Positions 21,225 through 33,521 are shown, counted from the stretch's first letter. The stretch is 64,000 bases of DNA from Dehalococcoidia bacterium (GCA_046498265.1 JAWOBB010000044.1:32664-96663), one strand, 5' to 3'. A program made the numbers and translations. Notes: a model not told the origin generated them from the letters alone.

Positions 21225-21485
21225 GTGGGAAGATCAACAAAGAAGGGCCCATACGTAGACGCCAAATTGATTAAAAAGGTCAATGCTCTTAAAGCAAGCG
21301 GCAAGAAGACCGTCATCAAAACATGGGCTCGCAGTTCGATGATCACCCCCGAGATGCTGGGTCTGACACTGGCAGTTCATGATGGGAGAAGACATGTTCC
21401 CGTCTTTGTTACTGAAAATATGGTCGGGCACAGGCTGGGGGAATTTGCTCCTACACGAACTTACCGCGGACATACTAAGAAGTAA
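21225..21485 (+). CDS. rpsS: 30S ribosomal protein S19
   Basis: [12 protein letters not shown]... Confidence 0.95.
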   Translation: MGRSTKKGPYVDAKLIKKVNALKASGKKTVIKTWARSSMITPEMLGLTLAVHDGRRHVPVFVTENMVGHRLGEFAPTRTYRGHTKK

Positions 21486-21507
21486 ATCGGCATTATCAAG
21501 GTTAGTG

Positions 21508-21840
21508 ATGGAAGTAAAAGCAACCGCCAAAGGAATCAGGGTATCACCAAAGAAAGCTCGCCAAATCATCGATACAATACGTGGCAAAGGAGCAGATGAA
21601 GCTCTGGCAATGCTCAAGTATACTCCCACTCCAACGGCCGGGAAAGTAGCCAGGGTTATAAAATCGGCTGTAGCTAATGCAGAGAATAATTATCAAATGG
21701 TACCCTCAGAATTAAAAATTACCCAGGCTCATGTTGATGAGGGTTTAAGAATGAGGCGCATGCGCTTTGCAGGCCGCGGTAGAATCCATCCGTATTACAG
21801 ACGTTCAAGCCATATCACCGTTGTAGTTGAGGAGATGTAG
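21508..21840 (+). CDS. rplV: 50S ribosomal protein L22
   Basis: Start at MEVKATAKGIRVSPKKARQ (the ORF begins at 21379, overlapping rpsS). Confidence 0.9.
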   Translation: MEVKATAKGIRVSPKKARQIIDTIRGKGADEALAMLKYTPTPTAGKVARVIKSAVANAENNYQMVPSELKITQAHVDEGLRMRRMRFAGRGRIHPYYRRSSHITVVVEEM

Positions 21841-22530
21841 ATGGGACAAAAAGTCCATCCCATAGGTTTCAGGCTAGGTTCGTACAAAACATGGCTATCG
21901 AAATGGCATGATGATTTGAATTATGCCGAATTTTTGCATGAGGACCTGAGTATCAGGAGAACCATTAATAAGAACTATGTTAATGCCGGCATTTCCAAGA
22001 TTGAAGTGGAGCGCGGCATTGGCGAACTTACAGTGACTATACATACTTCTCGCCCGGGCGTAGTAATCGGGAGAGGGGGGCAAAGAGTCGAGGAAATCAA
22101 AAAACTTCTTCAGAATTTGACACAAAAGAAAATCCAATTGAACATTCAGGAAATCAGGGTACCCGACCTCGATGCTTACCTGGTGGCCCGGAACGTTGCC
22201 GACCAGATTGAGAGAAGGATATCCTTCCGCAGGGCTATAAAACGTGCCATTTCCCAGACGATGGATGCCGGGGCTAAAGGGATTAAGATTAAGGTATCGG
22301 GGCGTCTTGGCGGGCAGGAAATTGCCCGCTGCACTACGGAGCATGCAGGGAGCGTCCCGCTTCATACCCTCAGGGCAGATATTGATTACGGCCTTGCTGA
22401 GGCGCACACTTCCACCGGCAAAATCGGAGTTAAAACCTGGATCTACATGGGCGACATCGTCCCTGAAAGCCATCAGCAGCTTCCAACAGGCGAAATAGAA
22501 CCTTTAGGCAAACAGGTGGAGCCAACATAA
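21841..22530 (+). CDS. rpsC: 30S ribosomal protein S3
   Basis: [13 protein letters not shown]... Confidence 0.95.
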   Translation: MGQKVHPIGFRLGSYKTWLSKWHDDLNYAEFLHEDLSIRRTINKNYVNAGISKIEVERGIGELTVTIHTSRPGVVIGRGGQRVEEIKKLLQNLTQKKIQLNIQEIRVPDLDAYLVARNVADQIERRISFRRAIKRAISQTMDAGAKGIKIKVSGRLGGQEIARCTTEHAGSVPLHTLRADIDYGLAEAHTSTGKIGVKTWIYMGDIVPESHQQLPTGEIEPLGKQVEPT

Positions 22531-22531
22531 T

Positions 22532-22957
22532 ATGCTGCAACCCAAAAAAGTAAAGTATCGAAAAATCCAGAGGGGTCGGCGCAGAGGCAAAGCAACGCGT
22601 GGCAACAGCGTCCACTTTGGAGAATTCGGCCTGCAGGCCGAAGAGGCAGGATGGATCACCAGTCGCCAGATTGAGGCCGGGCGACGTGCCATTGTGCGGC
22701 ACCTGAAAAGGGGAGGGCAGGTCTGGATTCGCATTTTCCCTGACAAACCGGTAACTTCCAGGCCTCCCGAAACCAGGATGGGCAAAGGGAAAGGAGCTGT
22801 CGATCACTGGGTAGCTGTAGTAAAACCAGGGCGAATAATTTTTGAAATCGGGGGAGTGCGAGAAGATTTGGCACGCGAAGCACTCAAGCTGGCTGCCCAG
22901 AAGCTTCCTATCAAGGCAAAAATCACCACCAGGGCAATGCTGGGCATAACTTCCTGA
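22532..22957 (+). CDS. rplP: 50S ribosomal protein L16
   Basis: [11 protein letters not shown]... Confidence 0.95.
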   Translation: MLQPKKVKYRKIQRGRRRGKATRGNSVHFGEFGLQAEEAGWITSRQIEAGRRAIVRHLKRGGQVWIRIFPDKPVTSRPPETRMGKGKGAVDHWVAVVKPGRIIFEIGGVREDLAREALKLAAQKLPIKAKITTRAMLGITS

Positions 22958-22973
22958 AAACGAGGTTGGAAAA

Positions 22974-23174
22974 GTGCATATCAGCGAACTACGCAAATTG
23001 AGTTACGCAGATTTAGTCAGAGAGCTCGAAAGTTCCCGCCAGGAACTGTTCAATCTGCGTTTTCGATTGAGCACAAAACAGATGACTAATTATCGAGAAA
23101 TCACAACAGTCAAGAAAAAAATAGCTAAAATAAAGACCCTGATGCGGGAAATCGAACTCATCGGGAGCCGATAA
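22974..23174 (+). CDS. rpmC: 50S ribosomal protein L29
   Basis: 66 aa; position in operon. Confidence 0.9.
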   Translation: MHISELRKLSYADLVRELESSRQELFNLRFRLSTKQMTNYREITTVKKKIAKIKTLMREIELIGSR

Positions 23175-23177
23175 AAT

Positions 23178-23426
23178 ATGGGGAACAGACGCACACTAAT
23201 TGGTAACGTCACCAGTAATAAGATGGACAAAACCGTGGTAGTGGTGGTGAAAACACGGCGACGGCACCCGCGCTACAAGAAATACATGAGTCACTTCAAT
23301 AAGTACAAGGCTCACGATGAGCATAACGAAAGTAACATAGGCGATCGAGTAAAGCTCATCGAAACACGGCCGCTTTCTAAAGACAAGCGCTGGCGAATCG
23401 GAGAAATACTTGAGAGAGCAGATTAA
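23178..23426 (+). CDS. rpsQ: 30S ribosomal protein S17
   Basis: 82 aa; position in operon. Confidence 0.9.
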   Translation: MGNRRTLIGNVTSNKMDKTVVVVVKTRRRHPRYKKYMSHFNKYKAHDEHNESNIGDRVKLIETRPLSKDKRWRIGEILERAD

Positions 23427-23444
23427 AGGTACGCAAGAGGCACC

Positions 23445-23813
23445 ATGATTCAGATATATACTAAGCTCAATGTTGCTGATAACTCTGGCGCCAAGGAGCT
23501 TATGTGCTTTGGCATACCGGGGGGAACGCGAAAGAGGTATGCCGGAATAGGTGATATTATCGTCTGTTCGGTTAAACAGGCAATGCCCCATTCTTCTGTC
23601 AAGAAAGGCGATGTTGTTCGAGCGGTCGTAGCCCGTGTATCTAAAACGTACGGCCGCAAAGATGGCTCTTATATAAGATTCGACGAGAACGCGGCGGTAG
23701 TCCTCGATGAGAGGGGCAATCCCAAAGGAAGCCGCATTTTTGGTCCTGTAGGGAGGGAGCTTCGCGAAAAGAATTATATGAAGATCGTTTCGCTGGCTCC
23801 TGAGGTGCTGTGA
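23445..23813 (+). CDS. rplN: 50S ribosomal protein L14
   Basis: [17 protein letters not shown]... Confidence 0.95.
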   Translation: MIQIYTKLNVADNSGAKELMCFGIPGGTRKRYAGIGDIIVCSVKQAMPHSSVKKGDVVRAVVARVSKTYGRKDGSYIRFDENAAVVLDERGNPKGSRIFGPVGRELREKNYMKIVSLAPEVL

Positions 23814-24127
23814 TGAATAGAATCCGTAAGAATGACGAAGTGCTGGTAATTCTGGGTAGGGATAGGGGAAGGAAAGGAAAAGTGTTGAGATCAATGCCCC
23901 AGAAAAACAGTCTGATTGTCGAGGGGATCAATATGATCAAGCGGCACATGAAACCTACTGGTACGATGCGGCAGGCGGGCATTATTGAAAAGGAGGCCCC
24001 TATTAATACCTCTGATGTAATGCTTATCTGTAAAAAATGCGGACAACCGGCACGGGTGGGATTCAGCTTCCTTGAGGATGGCAGCAAAGTAAGAATCTGT
24101 AAAAAATGCCACGAGGTAATCGACTAA
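23810..24127 (+). CDS. rplX: 50S ribosomal protein L24
   Basis: KOW motif; position in operon. Confidence 0.9.
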   Translation: MMNRIRKNDEVLVILGRDRGRKGKVLRSMPQKNSLIVEGINMIKRHMKPTGTMRQAGIIEKEAPINTSDVMLICKKCGQPARVGFSFLEDGSKVRICKKCHEVID

Positions 24128-24681
24128 TGAAGGCAGCTTCCCCGCTCAAAAAGCGCTACTTTGAAGAAATAGTCCCTCAGATGATGAAGGAACATGGATT
24201 CAAGAGCCCTATGCGAGTACCACGCATGGAAAGAATTGTAGTAAATATAGGACTGGGTGAAGCAATTCAGAATCCCAAGGCGCTGGAAACGGCGACAGCC
24301 GATCTGGCTACTATTACGGGACAGAAACCACTTCTTACAAAGGCCAAAAAGTCGATAGCTGCTTTCAAGTTGCGCCAAGGGATGACAATCGGGGCCAAGG
24401 TGACCATCAGAGGCGAAAGGATGTACGATTTCCTTGACAGGCTGATCAATGTGGCTCTTCCCCGAATTAAGGATTTCCACGGCGTCCCCCGGGAATCTTT
24501 TGACGGGCGAGGCAACTATGCGCTGGGTATCAAGGAACAAATCATTTTTCCGGAAATCAATTATGATAAAATCGATAAGATACGAGGGCTGCAGGTGACG
24601 ATTGTGACCACAGCTCCCACCGATGAAGAAGGGGGAAGGTTGCTGGAAATGATGGGCATGCCTTTCGCCAGGGAGAATTAA
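24127..24681 (+). CDS. rplE: 50S ribosomal protein L5
   Basis: Start at [14 protein letters not shown], overlapping the rplX stop (taATG). Confidence 0.9.
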   Translation: MKAASPLKKRYFEEIVPQMMKEHGFKSPMRVPRMERIVVNIGLGEAIQNPKALETATADLATITGQKPLLTKAKKSIAAFKLRQGMTIGAKVTIRGERMYDFLDRLINVALPRIKDFHGVPRESFDGRGNYALGIKEQIIFPEINYDKIDKIRGLQVTIVTTAPTDEEGGRLLEMMGMPFAREN

Positions 24682-24867
24682 ATGGCAAAAACTTCACAAA
24701 TAGCAAAATGGCGTAAACCTCCGAAGTTTAAAGTAAGACGGCGAAATCGATGCCGTCTCTGTGGCCGTCCGCGCGCCTTTATGCGGGATTTTGAACTATG
24801 CCGTATTTGCTTTCGTGAACTTGCTAATAAGGGCGAAATCATCGGCGTGAGTAAATCAAGCTGGTGA
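24682..24867 (+). CDS. rpsN: 30S ribosomal protein S14 type Z (zinc-binding, 61 aa)
   Basis: [10 protein letters not shown]...CRIC motif. Confidence 0.9.
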   Translation: MAKTSQIAKWRKPPKFKVRRRNRCRLCGRPRAFMRDFELCRICFRELANKGEIIGVSKSSW

Positions 24868-24881
24868 TTTGGAGAACAACC

Positions 24882-25283
24882 ATGAGTACAACAGATCCTA
24901 TAGCGGACATGCTCACCAGAATAAGAAATGCCAATATGGTCGGTGCTAATTTCGCACTCATACCTTCCTCAAAGGTAAAGATATCTATCGCTAAAATACT
25001 CAAAGACGAAGGTTTCATCAAGGATTACGAGGTGGTTAAAGGGGATATGCCACAAATGGTCATAAAAACCTATCTAAAATACGCCGATGACAGATCCCCT
25101 GTACTGAAAAGCCTCAAAAGGGTAAGTAAACCCGGGCTGAGAGTATATGTTAGCAACGGGGAAATTCCCCGGATACATGGGGGTTTGGGAATTGCCATAA
25201 TCTCCACTCCCAAAGGAATAATGACTGGCAAACAGGCATGGCAAAAAGGTGTTGGTGGCGAGGTCCTGTGCTATGCATGGTAA
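24882..25283 (+). CDS. rpsH: 30S ribosomal protein S8
   Basis: Start at [17 protein letters not shown]. Confidence 0.9.
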   Translation: MSTTDPIADMLTRIRNANMVGANFALIPSSKVKISIAKILKDEGFIKDYEVVKGDMPQMVIKTYLKYADDRSPVLKSLKRVSKPGLRVYVSNGEIPRIHGGLGIAIISTPKGIMTGKQAWQKGVGGEVLCYAW

Positions 25284-25299
25284 TTGCGGGGTTTAATCG

Positions 25300-25848
25300 A
25301 TGTCGAGAATTGGAAAGAAACCAATCCCCGTACCCGAGGGGGTTGAAGTAACAATAAACGGGAACGAAGTCAGTATCAAGGGGCCAAAGGGCACGTTGAG
25401 CCGGAGCTTGCCACATGATATGAAAATCGAACTCAATGAGGGGATAATCACTGTAGGCAGACCGACTGACAGTAAGCCTCATCGTTCCTTGCATGGCCTG
25501 ACCCGGACGCTGGTTGCCAACATGGTCCATGGGGTAAGTGAAGGATTCCAGAAAAACCTGGAAATAGTCGGGGTCGGATATCGTGCCCAGGTGGCAGGAG
25601 ATAAGTTAACGCTGCAGGCAGGGCATTCCCATCCGGTAGTGATAACTGCTCCCGAAGGAATATCCATTTCCATGGAAAGTAACACCAAGCTCACTGTTGC
25701 CGGGATTGACAAAGAGCTGGTAGGCGAAATATCTGCGAAAATAAGGTCGATGAGGCCGCCGGACCATTACAAGGGGAAAGGCGTTAGATATGCAGGCGAG
25801 TATGTCCGGCTTAAGGCCGGCAAGGCCGGCAAGGCCGGGAGTAAGTAA
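25300..25848 (+). CDS. rplF: 50S ribosomal protein L6
   Basis: MSRIGKKPIPVPEGV...; C-terminal KAGKAGKAGSK tail. Confidence 0.93.
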   Translation: MSRIGKKPIPVPEGVEVTINGNEVSIKGPKGTLSRSLPHDMKIELNEGIITVGRPTDSKPHRSLHGLTRTLVANMVHGVSEGFQKNLEIVGVGYRAQVAGDKLTLQAGHSHPVVITAPEGISISMESNTKLTVAGIDKELVGEISAKIRSMRPPDHYKGKGVRYAGEYVRLKAGKAGKAGSK

Positions 25849-25886
25849 AAATAGCCTTGTATTCTAAATAAATAGAGCGGATAACA

Positions 25887-26249
25887 ATGGATAAAACTGC
25901 TGCAAAAAGGATCAGTCGAAATATTCGTCATGCAAGAATACGCAAACAAGTTGCGGGTACGAAGTCTAAGCCCAGGCTATGCGTGTTCCGCAGCCTAAAT
26001 AACATCTATGCCCAGTTAATCGACGATTCGGAGGATAAAACCCTGCTTTCCATCTCATCACTCAACTCAGATTTGAAGTCGGGAACCAGTTCAAAAACGG
26101 AAAAAGCCAAAATGGTTGGAGAAAGGTTAGCCAAACGGGCCACGGAACTGGGCATCACCGAAATTGTATTTGACAGGGCTGGTTATAAATACCATGGTCG
26201 GGTTAAAGCTCTGGCTGACGCATCTCGAGAAGCGGGAATAAAATTCTGA
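25887..26249 (+). CDS. rplR: 50S ribosomal protein L18
   Basis: Position and sequence. Confidence 0.9.
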   Translation: MDKTAAKRISRNIRHARIRKQVAGTKSKPRLCVFRSLNNIYAQLIDDSEDKTLLSISSLNSDLKSGTSSKTEKAKMVGERLAKRATELGITEIVFDRAGYKYHGRVKALADASREAGIKF

Positions 26250-26256
26250 GGCATTT

Positions 26257-26748
26257 ATGAACCAAATGACCAACGCAGAAGAACTCGATTTAACCGAAAC
26301 TCTTGTCCACATCAGACGGGTGGCTAAAACGGTCACTGGAGGTCGTAAGTTATCGTTCAGTGCTCTTATGGTAGTAGGAGATAACGAGGGGCATGTTGGT
26401 TTTGGCCTCGGTAAGGGGAACGAAATACCAATAGCTATCCAAAAAGGCGTATCCAGGGCTAAGAAAAATCTTCTTCAAGTTCCCATGCACGGCAGTACAA
26501 TTACCCATGAAATAACCGCCAAAAGCGGGGCAGCCAAGGTCCTTCTAAAACCAGCAGCACCCGGCACAGGGGTAATCGCTGGGAAAACGATACGGGCGGT
26601 GCTTGAGGCTGCCGGAATTCGAGACATTCTGACCAAATCGCTGGGAAGTTCCAATCCTATCAATGTGATCCAGGCAACCATTCTGGCTTTAAGCGAACTA
26701 AAAGACCCTCAAGAGGAACTGGCTAAAAGAGGCAAATCGTCAAGATAG
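26257..26748 (+). CDS. rpsE: 30S ribosomal protein S5
   Basis: Position and sequence. Confidence 0.93.
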   Translation: MNQMTNAEELDLTETLVHIRRVAKTVTGGRKLSFSALMVVGDNEGHVGFGLGKGNEIPIAIQKGVSRAKKNLLQVPMHGSTITHEITAKSGAAKVLLKPAAPGTGVIAGKTIRAVLEAAGIRDILTKSLGSSNPINVIQATILALSELKDPQEELAKRGKSSR

Positions 26749-26764
26749 AAAAGGTACTGAGCAG

Positions 26765-26947
26765 ATGTCCAAATTACGCATTACGTGGAAAAAGAGTGCT
26801 ATAGGTTACAATAAGAACCAGCAAAGGGTGATAAAAGCTCTGGGTTTACGCTCATTGAATCATGTAGTCGAACATGATAATTCGCCGCAAATCAAGGGAA
26901 TGGTCAAAAAAGTAGAGCATCTGCTGGAAGTCGAAGAAGTCAGTTAG
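26765..26947 (+). CDS. rpmD: 50S ribosomal protein L30
   Basis: 60 aa; position. Confidence 0.88.
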   Translation: MSKLRITWKKSAIGYNKNQQRVIKALGLRSLNHVVEHDNSPQIKGMVKKVEHLLEVEEVS

Positions 26948-26958
26948 GAGAATAAGGT

Positions 26959-27405
26959 TTGAAACAAAACGAACTGCGCCCTCCGAAAGGAGCCAGACAT
27001 AGCCGTAAGAAAGTCGGTCGAGGGGTAGGCAGCGGACATGGCACCTATTCCTGCCGTGGCCTGAAAGGGCAGAATTCTCGCTCTGGCGGAGGGGTTCATC
27101 CTCTTTTTGAAGGCGGCCAGAATCCGCTGGTAAAACGGCTGCCCTATAAGCGAGGTTTCAACAACATTTTCCGCGTTGAATACAACGTTGTAAATGTAGA
27201 GAGACTTAACGCCTTCCCGGAAGGCACTGAGATTACCCCAGAACAACTGATATCAGCAGGTCTCATTAAGAACCTTAATAAACCATTGAAAATTCTCGGG
27301 GAAGGTGAACTTACTCATACCGTTAACGTCAAGGCCCACAAATTCTCCCGATCCGCAAAGTCCAAGATTGAAGCTGCAGGTGGCATGGCGGAGGTGATCG
27401 CCTGA
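26959..27405 (+). CDS. rplO: 50S ribosomal protein L15
   Basis: TTG start; Gly/Arg-rich N-terminus. Confidence 0.9.
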   Translation: MKQNELRPPKGARHSRKKVGRGVGSGHGTYSCRGLKGQNSRSGGGVHPLFEGGQNPLVKRLPYKRGFNNIFRVEYNVVNVERLNAFPEGTEITPEQLISAGLIKNLNKPLKILGEGELTHTVNVKAHKFSRSAKSKIEAAGGMAEVIA

Positions 27406-28751
27406 TGCAAAGCCCGGTGAGACAGGGCGGGCTGCCCAAGCTAGTACAAGCCGCATTAGATTCCCTTTCGCATCCTGATTTAAGGCGGAAACTGCTCTTC
27501 ACGTTTTTTATCCTGGTCATATTCCGCTTCATGGCAGTAATTCCCGTCCCCGGAGTCGATACGGAGGCTCTCAATGCCACATTTGACCAAAGTCCCCTCC
27601 TGGGAATGCTGGATATGTTCAGTGGGGGCTCTTTGCGTAATCTGGGGATAGTGGCTCTGGGTGTTTACCCATACATCACTGCTTCGATCATCATGCAGCT
27701 ACTCGTGCCCGTAATTCCACGTCTGCAAATGCTGGCAAGAGAAGGTGACGAAGGCCGCAATAAAATCAATCAATACACTCATTACCTCGTAGTACCGCTG
27801 GCCATGTTCCAGGGATACGGGCAATTGATGCTTCTCAGCAGAAGCCAGGGGGGCTTACCTCCGGCCATCTCTAATGTGGGATTGTCCGGGGATGCCCTGC
27901 TCCCGACCATTTCGATAATTTTCACGCTTACCGCAGGGACGGTTTTCCTCGTCTGGCTGGGAGAACTCATCACCGAACGGGGAATCGGCAATGGAATATC
28001 TATCATTATTTTCGCAGGAATTGTATCAGGAGTCCCGGCAGCCCTTTATCGAAACGAAAAGATTTTCGGCCTGGACAGTATTGTTATTCTGGTACTTCTA
28101 ACCATCGCAATTACTTATTTCATCGTATACGTCACTGAAGCTTATCGCAATATACCGGTTCAATATTCACGCAGCATATTCCGGGGAGGAAGGGTTTACA
28201 GGCAAAGTGGTGGAACCCACATTCCCCTGAGGGTAAATTCCACCGGCATGATTCCGCTCATCTTTGCCATGGCTATCATGGTATTTCCGGGGACGGTGGC
28301 CAGCTATTTCGATAATTCTTTTGCCGAATCCGTCCAGGAGTGGTTCAACCCTGGCGGAGATTACTGGTGGTTCTACTGGGGAGTCTATTTCCTGTGTGTC
28401 GTAGGATTTACCCTGTTCTACGGAATGATAACCTTTCAGCAGCAAAACATACCTGAAAACCTGCAACGGCAGGGAGGGTTTATTCCTGGCATTCGGCCTG
28501 GCAGACCAACATCCGTTTATCTCGATGGCGTGCAAAGCAGGCTGGCATGGGGAGGGGCTATTTTCCTTGGGCTCGTAGCCATCATGCCGCTGATTGGGAT
28601 GGGCCTGGTAGGCACGTCGGTAGCCAATGCGCAAACACTGATGATCATCAGCAGTGCCGGGTTGCTAATCGTGGTTGGAGTAGTGCTGGATACCATGAGG
28701 CAAATGGAGGCACAGCTGCTCATGCGCCATTACGAAGGTTTCATTAAATAG
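27405..28751 (+). CDS. secY: preprotein translocase subunit SecY
   Basis: 448 aa, 10-TM protein. The start overlaps the rplO stop. Confidence 0.95.
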   Translation: MQSPVRQGGLPKLVQAALDSLSHPDLRRKLLFTFFILVIFRFMAVIPVPGVDTEALNATFDQSPLLGMLDMFSGGSLRNLGIVALGVYPYITASIIMQLLVPVIPRLQMLAREGDEGRNKINQYTHYLVVPLAMFQGYGQLMLLSRSQGGLPPAISNVGLSGDALLPTISIIFTLTAGTVFLVWLGELITERGIGNGISIIIFAGIVSGVPAALYRNEKIFGLDSIVILVLLTIAITYFIVYVTEAYRNIPVQYSRSIFRGGRVYRQSGGTHIPLRVNSTGMIPLIFAMAIMVFPGTVASYFDNSFAESVQEWFNPGGDYWWFYWGVYFLCVVGFTLFYGMITFQQQNIPENLQRQGGFIPGIRPGRPTSVYLDGVQSRLAWGGAIFLGLVAIMPLIGMGLVGTSVANAQTLMIISSAGLLIVVGVVLDTMRQMEAQLLMRHYEGFIK

Positions 28752-28769
28752 AAAACGGGGAAATTCCTT

Positions 28770-29411
28770 ATGAATATTATTCTGTTAGGCCCGCCCGGAG
28801 CAGGTAAAGGGACCCAGGCAGTGGTTCTGGCCAACGAAAAGAAGCTGGCCCACATTGCATCAGGGGATCTCTTTCGAGCTGCCCAGAACAGTGGCACGGA
28901 ACTGGGCAACCTTGTTAAATTATATATGGAAAAAGGGGAGCTTGTCCCCGATGAAGTTACCGTTAAAATGATACTGGAACGCATCGCTCAACCGGATTGC
29001 GCCAATGGCTTTCTGCTTGATGGTTTCCCTCGGACACTGCCGCAGGCAGAAGCGCTGGATGAAGCACTGAGTAAAGAAGGTAAAACCATCGATAAAGTGC
29101 TTTACATCAAGGTGCCCAACGAAGAACTGGTGAAGCGATTATCAGGACGCTGGATTTGTCGCAATTGTCAGGCACCATTCCATATGATAGAGGCTCCTCC
29201 TAAAGTGCCTGGTAAATGCGATTATTGCGGCGGCGAACTTTATCAGCGCGCCGACGATAATGAAGAAACAGTGCGCAACAGGTTGAAGGTCTTCATGGAA
29301 CAGACTTCGCCCTTGATTGACTATTACAACAAGTCAGGAAAACTACTGGAAATCAATGGGCACCAAAGCGTTGATGCGGTTAGCCATGAAATGATCGCAG
29401 CCATCGCTTAA
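28770..29411 (+). CDS. adk: adenylate kinase (zinc-lid type)
   Basis: GPPGAGKGTQA P-loop and a CRNC...CDYC lid. Confidence 0.95.
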   Translation: MNIILLGPPGAGKGTQAVVLANEKKLAHIASGDLFRAAQNSGTELGNLVKLYMEKGELVPDEVTVKMILERIAQPDCANGFLLDGFPRTLPQAEALDEALSKEGKTIDKVLYIKVPNEELVKRLSGRWICRNCQAPFHMIEAPPKVPGKCDYCGGELYQRADDNEETVRNRLKVFMEQTSPLIDYYNKSGKLLEINGHQSVDAVSHEMIAAIA

Positions 29412-29416
29412 AGCCA

Positions 29417-30166
29417 ATGAGTATAATTATAAAATCGCCGAGCGAAATAGATATAATGCGCCAGGCAGGGCGTATAGTGGCCATAATTCATGAAGCCTTG
29501 AGGAAAGAAGTGAAACCAGGTATTAAGACAGGGGAACTCGACAAAATTGCAGTTGAGCTTTTTAAAGAATACGGCGCCACTGCTGCTTCGAAGGGATATC
29601 GGGGCTATCCGGCATCTATTTGCACTTCAGTAAATGAAGAGGTAGTGCATGGTATCCCCGGAGAAAAAATGCTCAAAGAAGGAGATATTGTTGCGATTGA
29701 CATAGTTTCCGCATATAATGGATTCCATGGCGATGCCGCCAGAACAGTGGAAGTTGGTACAGTAAACGAACAAGCACACAAGCTTACGGAAACAACTGAA
29801 GGGGCGCTGGAAGCCGGGACTATTGCAGCCACAGCTGGTGCACATCTGGGAGATGTTTCAGCGGCAATTCAACAATACGTAGAAAGTCGAAATTTCTCAG
29901 TGGTCAGAGAATATGTGGGACACGGTATTGGCCGAGACATGCATGAAGACCCGCAAATACCTAATTACGGAACTCCCGGCCAGGGACCTGTCCTGAAAAA
30001 AGGTATGGTCCTGGCATTGGAACCAATGGTTAATGCGGGAACATGGCGAACAAAAGTATTAGGTGATAACTGGACAGTAGTCACAGTCGACGGCAGTCTC
30101 TCAGCTCATTTTGAGAATACCATCGCCATCACGGATGGCGAAGCCGAGATTTTGACACAACTTTGA
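29417..30166 (+). CDS. map: methionine aminopeptidase type I
   Basis: 249 aa with metal-ligand motifs. Confidence 0.93.
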   Translation: MSIIIKSPSEIDIMRQAGRIVAIIHEALRKEVKPGIKTGELDKIAVELFKEYGATAASKGYRGYPASICTSVNEEVVHGIPGEKMLKEGDIVAIDIVSAYNGFHGDAARTVEVGTVNEQAHKLTETTEGALEAGTIAATAGAHLGDVSAAIQQYVESRNFSVVREYVGHGIGRDMHEDPQIPNYGTPGQGPVLKKGMVLALEPMVNAGTWRTKVLGDNWTVVTVDGSLSAHFENTIAITDGEAEILTQL

Positions 30167-30230
30167 GAGTAGAGACGAAGGATTTGATTATACAATACCG
30201 GTCAAATAGGAGTACAAATTAAGCTAACAG

Positions 30231-30449
30231 ATGGGTAAAAAGGAAGCCATTGAAGTTGAGGGGGTTGTCTCGGAACCCTTGACCAATGGGCAGTTTCGAG
30301 TGGAGCTGGCCAACGGGCATGATGTTCTGGCTCATGCTTCCGGTAAGATGAGGCGATACTTTATAAAGATAGTGCGCGGAGATCGCGTCTTGGTTGAGCT
30401 CTCACCTTACGATCTTTCCCGGGGGCGCATTACCTATCGATTTAAATAG
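30231..30449 (+). CDS. infA: translation initiation factor IF-1
   Basis: [13 protein letters not shown]... Confidence 0.95.
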   Translation: MGKKEAIEVEGVVSEPLTNGQFRVELANGHDVLAHASGKMRRYFIKIVRGDRVLVELSPYDLSRGRITYRFK

Positions 30450-30465
30450 GTTCAGAGGTAAAATA

Positions 30466-30579
30466 ATGAAGGTCAAAGCATCAGTAAAGCCACGCTGCAA
30501 GAGCTGCAAGGTTATCAGGCGCAAGGGAGTAGTTCGAATAATCTGCTCGAACCCAAAGCATAAACAAAGGCAGGGATGA
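30466..30579 (+). CDS. rpmJ: 50S ribosomal protein L36
   Basis: [27 protein letters not shown]; sub-region of ORF 30394..30579. Confidence 0.9.
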   Translation: MKVKASVKPRCKSCKVIRRKGVVRIICSNPKHKQRQG

Positions 30580-30608
30580 TCAGCTGAGTTTGAGCAAGGA
30601 GTAATTAC

Positions 30609-30998
30609 ATGGCACGTGTCGCGAGTGTGGATATTCCGGATAACAAACGGGTGGAAGTCTCCCTCCGTTACATCTATGGAATCGGAACCACCCTGAGCAG
30701 GAAAATTCTGAAGGAAACCAATGTCAATCCGGACACCCGCGTCAAAAACCTCTCCGATGAGGAACTCAATCGTATCCGGGAAACCATTGACAGGGAATAC
30801 AAAGTTGAGGCAGACCTCAGACGAGAAATTATGTTCAATATAAAGCGGCTCGGCGAGATCGGCAGCTACCGCGGTCTAAGGCACAGGCGCGGTCTCCCGG
30901 TACATGGGCAAAGGACCAAAACAAATGCCAGAACCAAACGCGGGCCCAAGAAAACGGTCGCCGGAAGGGGTCGACGCCGGGGTATGTCCAAGAAATAG
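30609..30998 (+). CDS. rpsM: 30S ribosomal protein S13
   Basis: [15 protein letters not shown]... Confidence 0.95.
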   Translation: MARVASVDIPDNKRVEVSLRYIYGIGTTLSRKILKETNVNPDTRVKNLSDEELNRIRETIDREYKVEADLRREIMFNIKRLGEIGSYRGLRHRRGLPVHGQRTKTNARTKRGPKKTVAGRGRRRGMSKK

Positions 30999-31031
30999 AT
31001 TCCCAAACTTATCTATATTTTTGAGGGTGAA

Positions 31032-31427
31032 ATGGCAATAAGAAAGGGCAGAACAGGTGTCAGAAAACGGGAACGTAAAGGTATATTAAGAGGAAAAGCC
31101 TACATTCAGTCCACGTTCAATAACACAATTATTACCTTAACTGACATGGCAGGCAACACCATTACCTGGGGCAGTGCGGGAACAATCGGTTTCAAAGGTT
31201 CTCGTAAGGGAACCGCTTTTGCAGCACAACGGGCATCTACAGAAGTAGCTAAAAAGGGAATCGAACATGGACTGCAATACGTAGAGGTCAATATCAAAGG
31301 TCCTGGTAGTGGACGAGAAGCTGCCATACGTGCGCTCCAGGCAACAGGGCTGTATATAACAAGTATTAAAGATGTTACCCCGGCACCACACAACGGATGC
31401 CGCCCACGAAAGAAAAGACGGATATAA
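31032..31427 (+). CDS. rpsK: 30S ribosomal protein S11
   Basis: Position and sequence. Confidence 0.93.
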   Translation: MAIRKGRTGVRKRERKGILRGKAYIQSTFNNTIITLTDMAGNTITWGSAGTIGFKGSRKGTAFAAQRASTEVAKKGIEHGLQYVEVNIKGPGSGREAAIRALQATGLYITSIKDVTPAPHNGCRPRKKRRI

Positions 31428-31444
31428 ATTCCAAAGGAGGGAAT

Positions 31445-32077
31445 ATGGCCCGTTATACTGGGCCTGTTTGTCGGCTTTGTCGACGCCAGGATGAAAAGTT
31501 AATGCTTAAGGGAGAAAGGTGCCTTTCGCCTAAATGTGCTCTTGAACGAAAGCAAGAGGTAAGCAGCAAGCGACGTCGAGGCCAACGCCCGAAAAAGTTA
31601 TCAGAATATGGAATTCGCTTGAAAGAGAAGCAAAAAGCCAAGCATATTTACGGCATACTTGAGCGCCAGATGCGCAAATACTTCGCCGAGGCAGAAAGGG
31701 CATCTGGTCTCACTGGAGAAAATCTTCTCCAAATTCTGGAAACAAGGCTGGATAACACACTTTATCGTGCCGGCCTGGCAGATAGCCTGCGGCAGGCAAG
31801 ACAACTGGTAAGGCACGGACATTTTAGTCTCAACGGGCGTAAAACCGACATTCCTTCCTGTCGCGTTAAACCTGGCGATATTATAGAATGGAAAGCAGGT
31901 AAAGAAAAGCTCTTTCCTTATGAAAAAGCCGCACAGGACATCGCTAACAGGCAAATTCCAGCCTGGCTTAGTGTCGATGAAGCAAATCTAGCCGTAAAGG
32001 TATTATCTCGCCCATCACGCGAGGATATAGGGACCACTATTAACGAAAGGCTTATCGTAGAATATTATTCAAAATAA
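31445..32077 (+). CDS. rpsD: 30S ribosomal protein S4
   Basis: Start at MARYTGPVCRLCRR (the ORF begins at 31397). Confidence 0.92.
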   Translation: MARYTGPVCRLCRRQDEKLMLKGERCLSPKCALERKQEVSSKRRRGQRPKKLSEYGIRLKEKQKAKHIYGILERQMRKYFAEAERASGLTGENLLQILETRLDNTLYRAGLADSLRQARQLVRHGHFSLNGRKTDIPSCRVKPGDIIEWKAGKEKLFPYEKAAQDIANRQIPAWLSVDEANLAVKVLSRPSREDIGTTINERLIVEYYSK

Positions 32078-32101
32078 CTGCATACCTCGGGAGGTAAATA
32101 G

Positions 32102-33148
32102 TTGCTTGCGACTGTAATCCCTAAAACAGAATATCAAAGCGTTTCTGAAACTCAAGGCCGCTTCATTATCGAGCCACTGGAACCGGGATACGGACTAACC
32201 GTGGGTAATGCCGTACGTCGCGTGCTTTTGAGCTCGTTGCCCGGCGCAGCTATCACCACAGCTAAAATAGAGGGTGTTCAACACGAGTTTTCCACAATAT
32301 CGGATATGAAGGAAGATATCCTGGAATTTTTGTTGAACGTAAAAGGAATTCGTTTCCGCTACCATACGAATCGTTCGGATACCCTCAAACTCGAAGCTTC
32401 AGGGGAAGGCGAAGTTAAAGCTGGAGACATTGAGAAATCGGCCTCCTTTGAAATTGTAAATCCAGAACATCATCTGGCCACCCTTGATAAACCAGAGGCA
32501 AAATTGAATGTAGAATTCACGGTGGAAATCGGCAAAGGATATACAACCGCCGGCTCTGCGGAAGGATATCCTATAGGAGTCCTCCCAACCGATGCAGTGT
32601 TCACTCCCATCCGGCGCGTAAATTATGATGTAGAGAAAACGAGGGTGGAAGATCGCAGTGATTATGATCGATTGACACTGGATATCTGGACCGATGGAAC
32701 CATTTCTCCTGAGAGTGCCTTGTCCGAAAGTGCTCGAATTCTGAGCCAGCAATTCACTCTCTTTACCAATCTGGGACAACCCGGTGAAGGTCCAGCAGCT
32801 CTGGCTGAAGAGGAAGCACAAGCAGCCCAGACGCAAAAAGGAATTCCCCTGGAACAATTAGGTCTCTCTTCCCGAACAATCAATGCTCTTCGTCGCGGCG
32901 GGATCTCTACCACCGACGCTTTACTTTCAAAAACTCGCGACGAATTGCTTGGCCTGAAAAACTTCGGAATCAAGTCGTGGAACGAAGTCCAGGAACAATT
33001 GATCAAGTCAGGAATGGTGGAGGGTGAAGTGCTGCCGGAGGAAACCGAAGGCGAAGAAACCACGCCAGAGACATCTGATAAAGACTTTGAACGGGGAGAA
33101 ATGCTCAAGAAGTTGGGGGAGCGATTCACTGTACGAGGCGAAAAATGA
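32102..33148 (+). CDS. rpoA: DNA-directed RNA polymerase subunit alpha (with acidic C-terminal extension)
   Basis: TTG start; 348 aa. Alpha N-terminal and C-terminal domains, then an EE-rich tail. Confidence 0.93.
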   Translation: MLATVIPKTEYQSVSETQGRFIIEPLEPGYGLTVGNAVRRVLLSSLPGAAITTAKIEGVQHEFSTISDMKEDILEFLLNVKGIRFRYHTNRSDTLKLEASGEGEVKAGDIEKSASFEIVNPEHHLATLDKPEAKLNVEFTVEIGKGYTTAGSAEGYPIGVLPTDAVFTPIRRVNYDVEKTRVEDRSDYDRLTLDIWTDGTISPESALSESARILSQQFTLFTNLGQPGEGPAALAEEEAQAAQTQKGIPLEQLGLSSRTINALRRGGISTTDALLSKTRDELLGLKNFGIKSWNEVQEQLIKSGMVEGEVLPEETEGEETTPETSDKDFERGEMLKKLGERFTVRGEK

Positions 33149-33495
33149 GACATCGAGTAAGCGGAAGGAAGCTTTCCAGGACGGTTGACCATCGCATGGC
33201 TTTATATCGCAACCAGGTAACCGACCTGCTCAAACATGGCAAAATCGTAACTACTGAGGCCAAAGCCAAGGAAGTCAGTTCTCTTGCTGAAAAGATGATT
33301 ACTCTGGGAAAGGCAGGCGATTTGAATTCGCGTCGAAACGCCCTTGGTTTCATAACCAGCAAAAGAGTCGTTAAAAAGGTTTTTGACGAGCTTGCTCCCA
33401 AATATAATGAGAGGAACGGCGGCTATACCAGAATCCTGAAGTTGGGCCCGCGGCCAGGTGACAGTGCCCCGATGGTTCAACTGGAGTTAGTATAA
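33145..33495 (+). CDS. rplQ: 50S ribosomal protein L17
   Basis: Position and sequence. Confidence 0.92.
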   Translation: MRHRVSGRKLSRTVDHRMALYRNQVTDLLKHGKIVTTEAKAKEVSSLAEKMITLGKAGDLNSRRNALGFITSKRVVKKVFDELAPKYNERNGGYTRILKLGPRPGDSAPMVQLELV

Positions 33496-33521
33496 GGAGA
33501 TGTGATATTGCCAGAGTAGCC

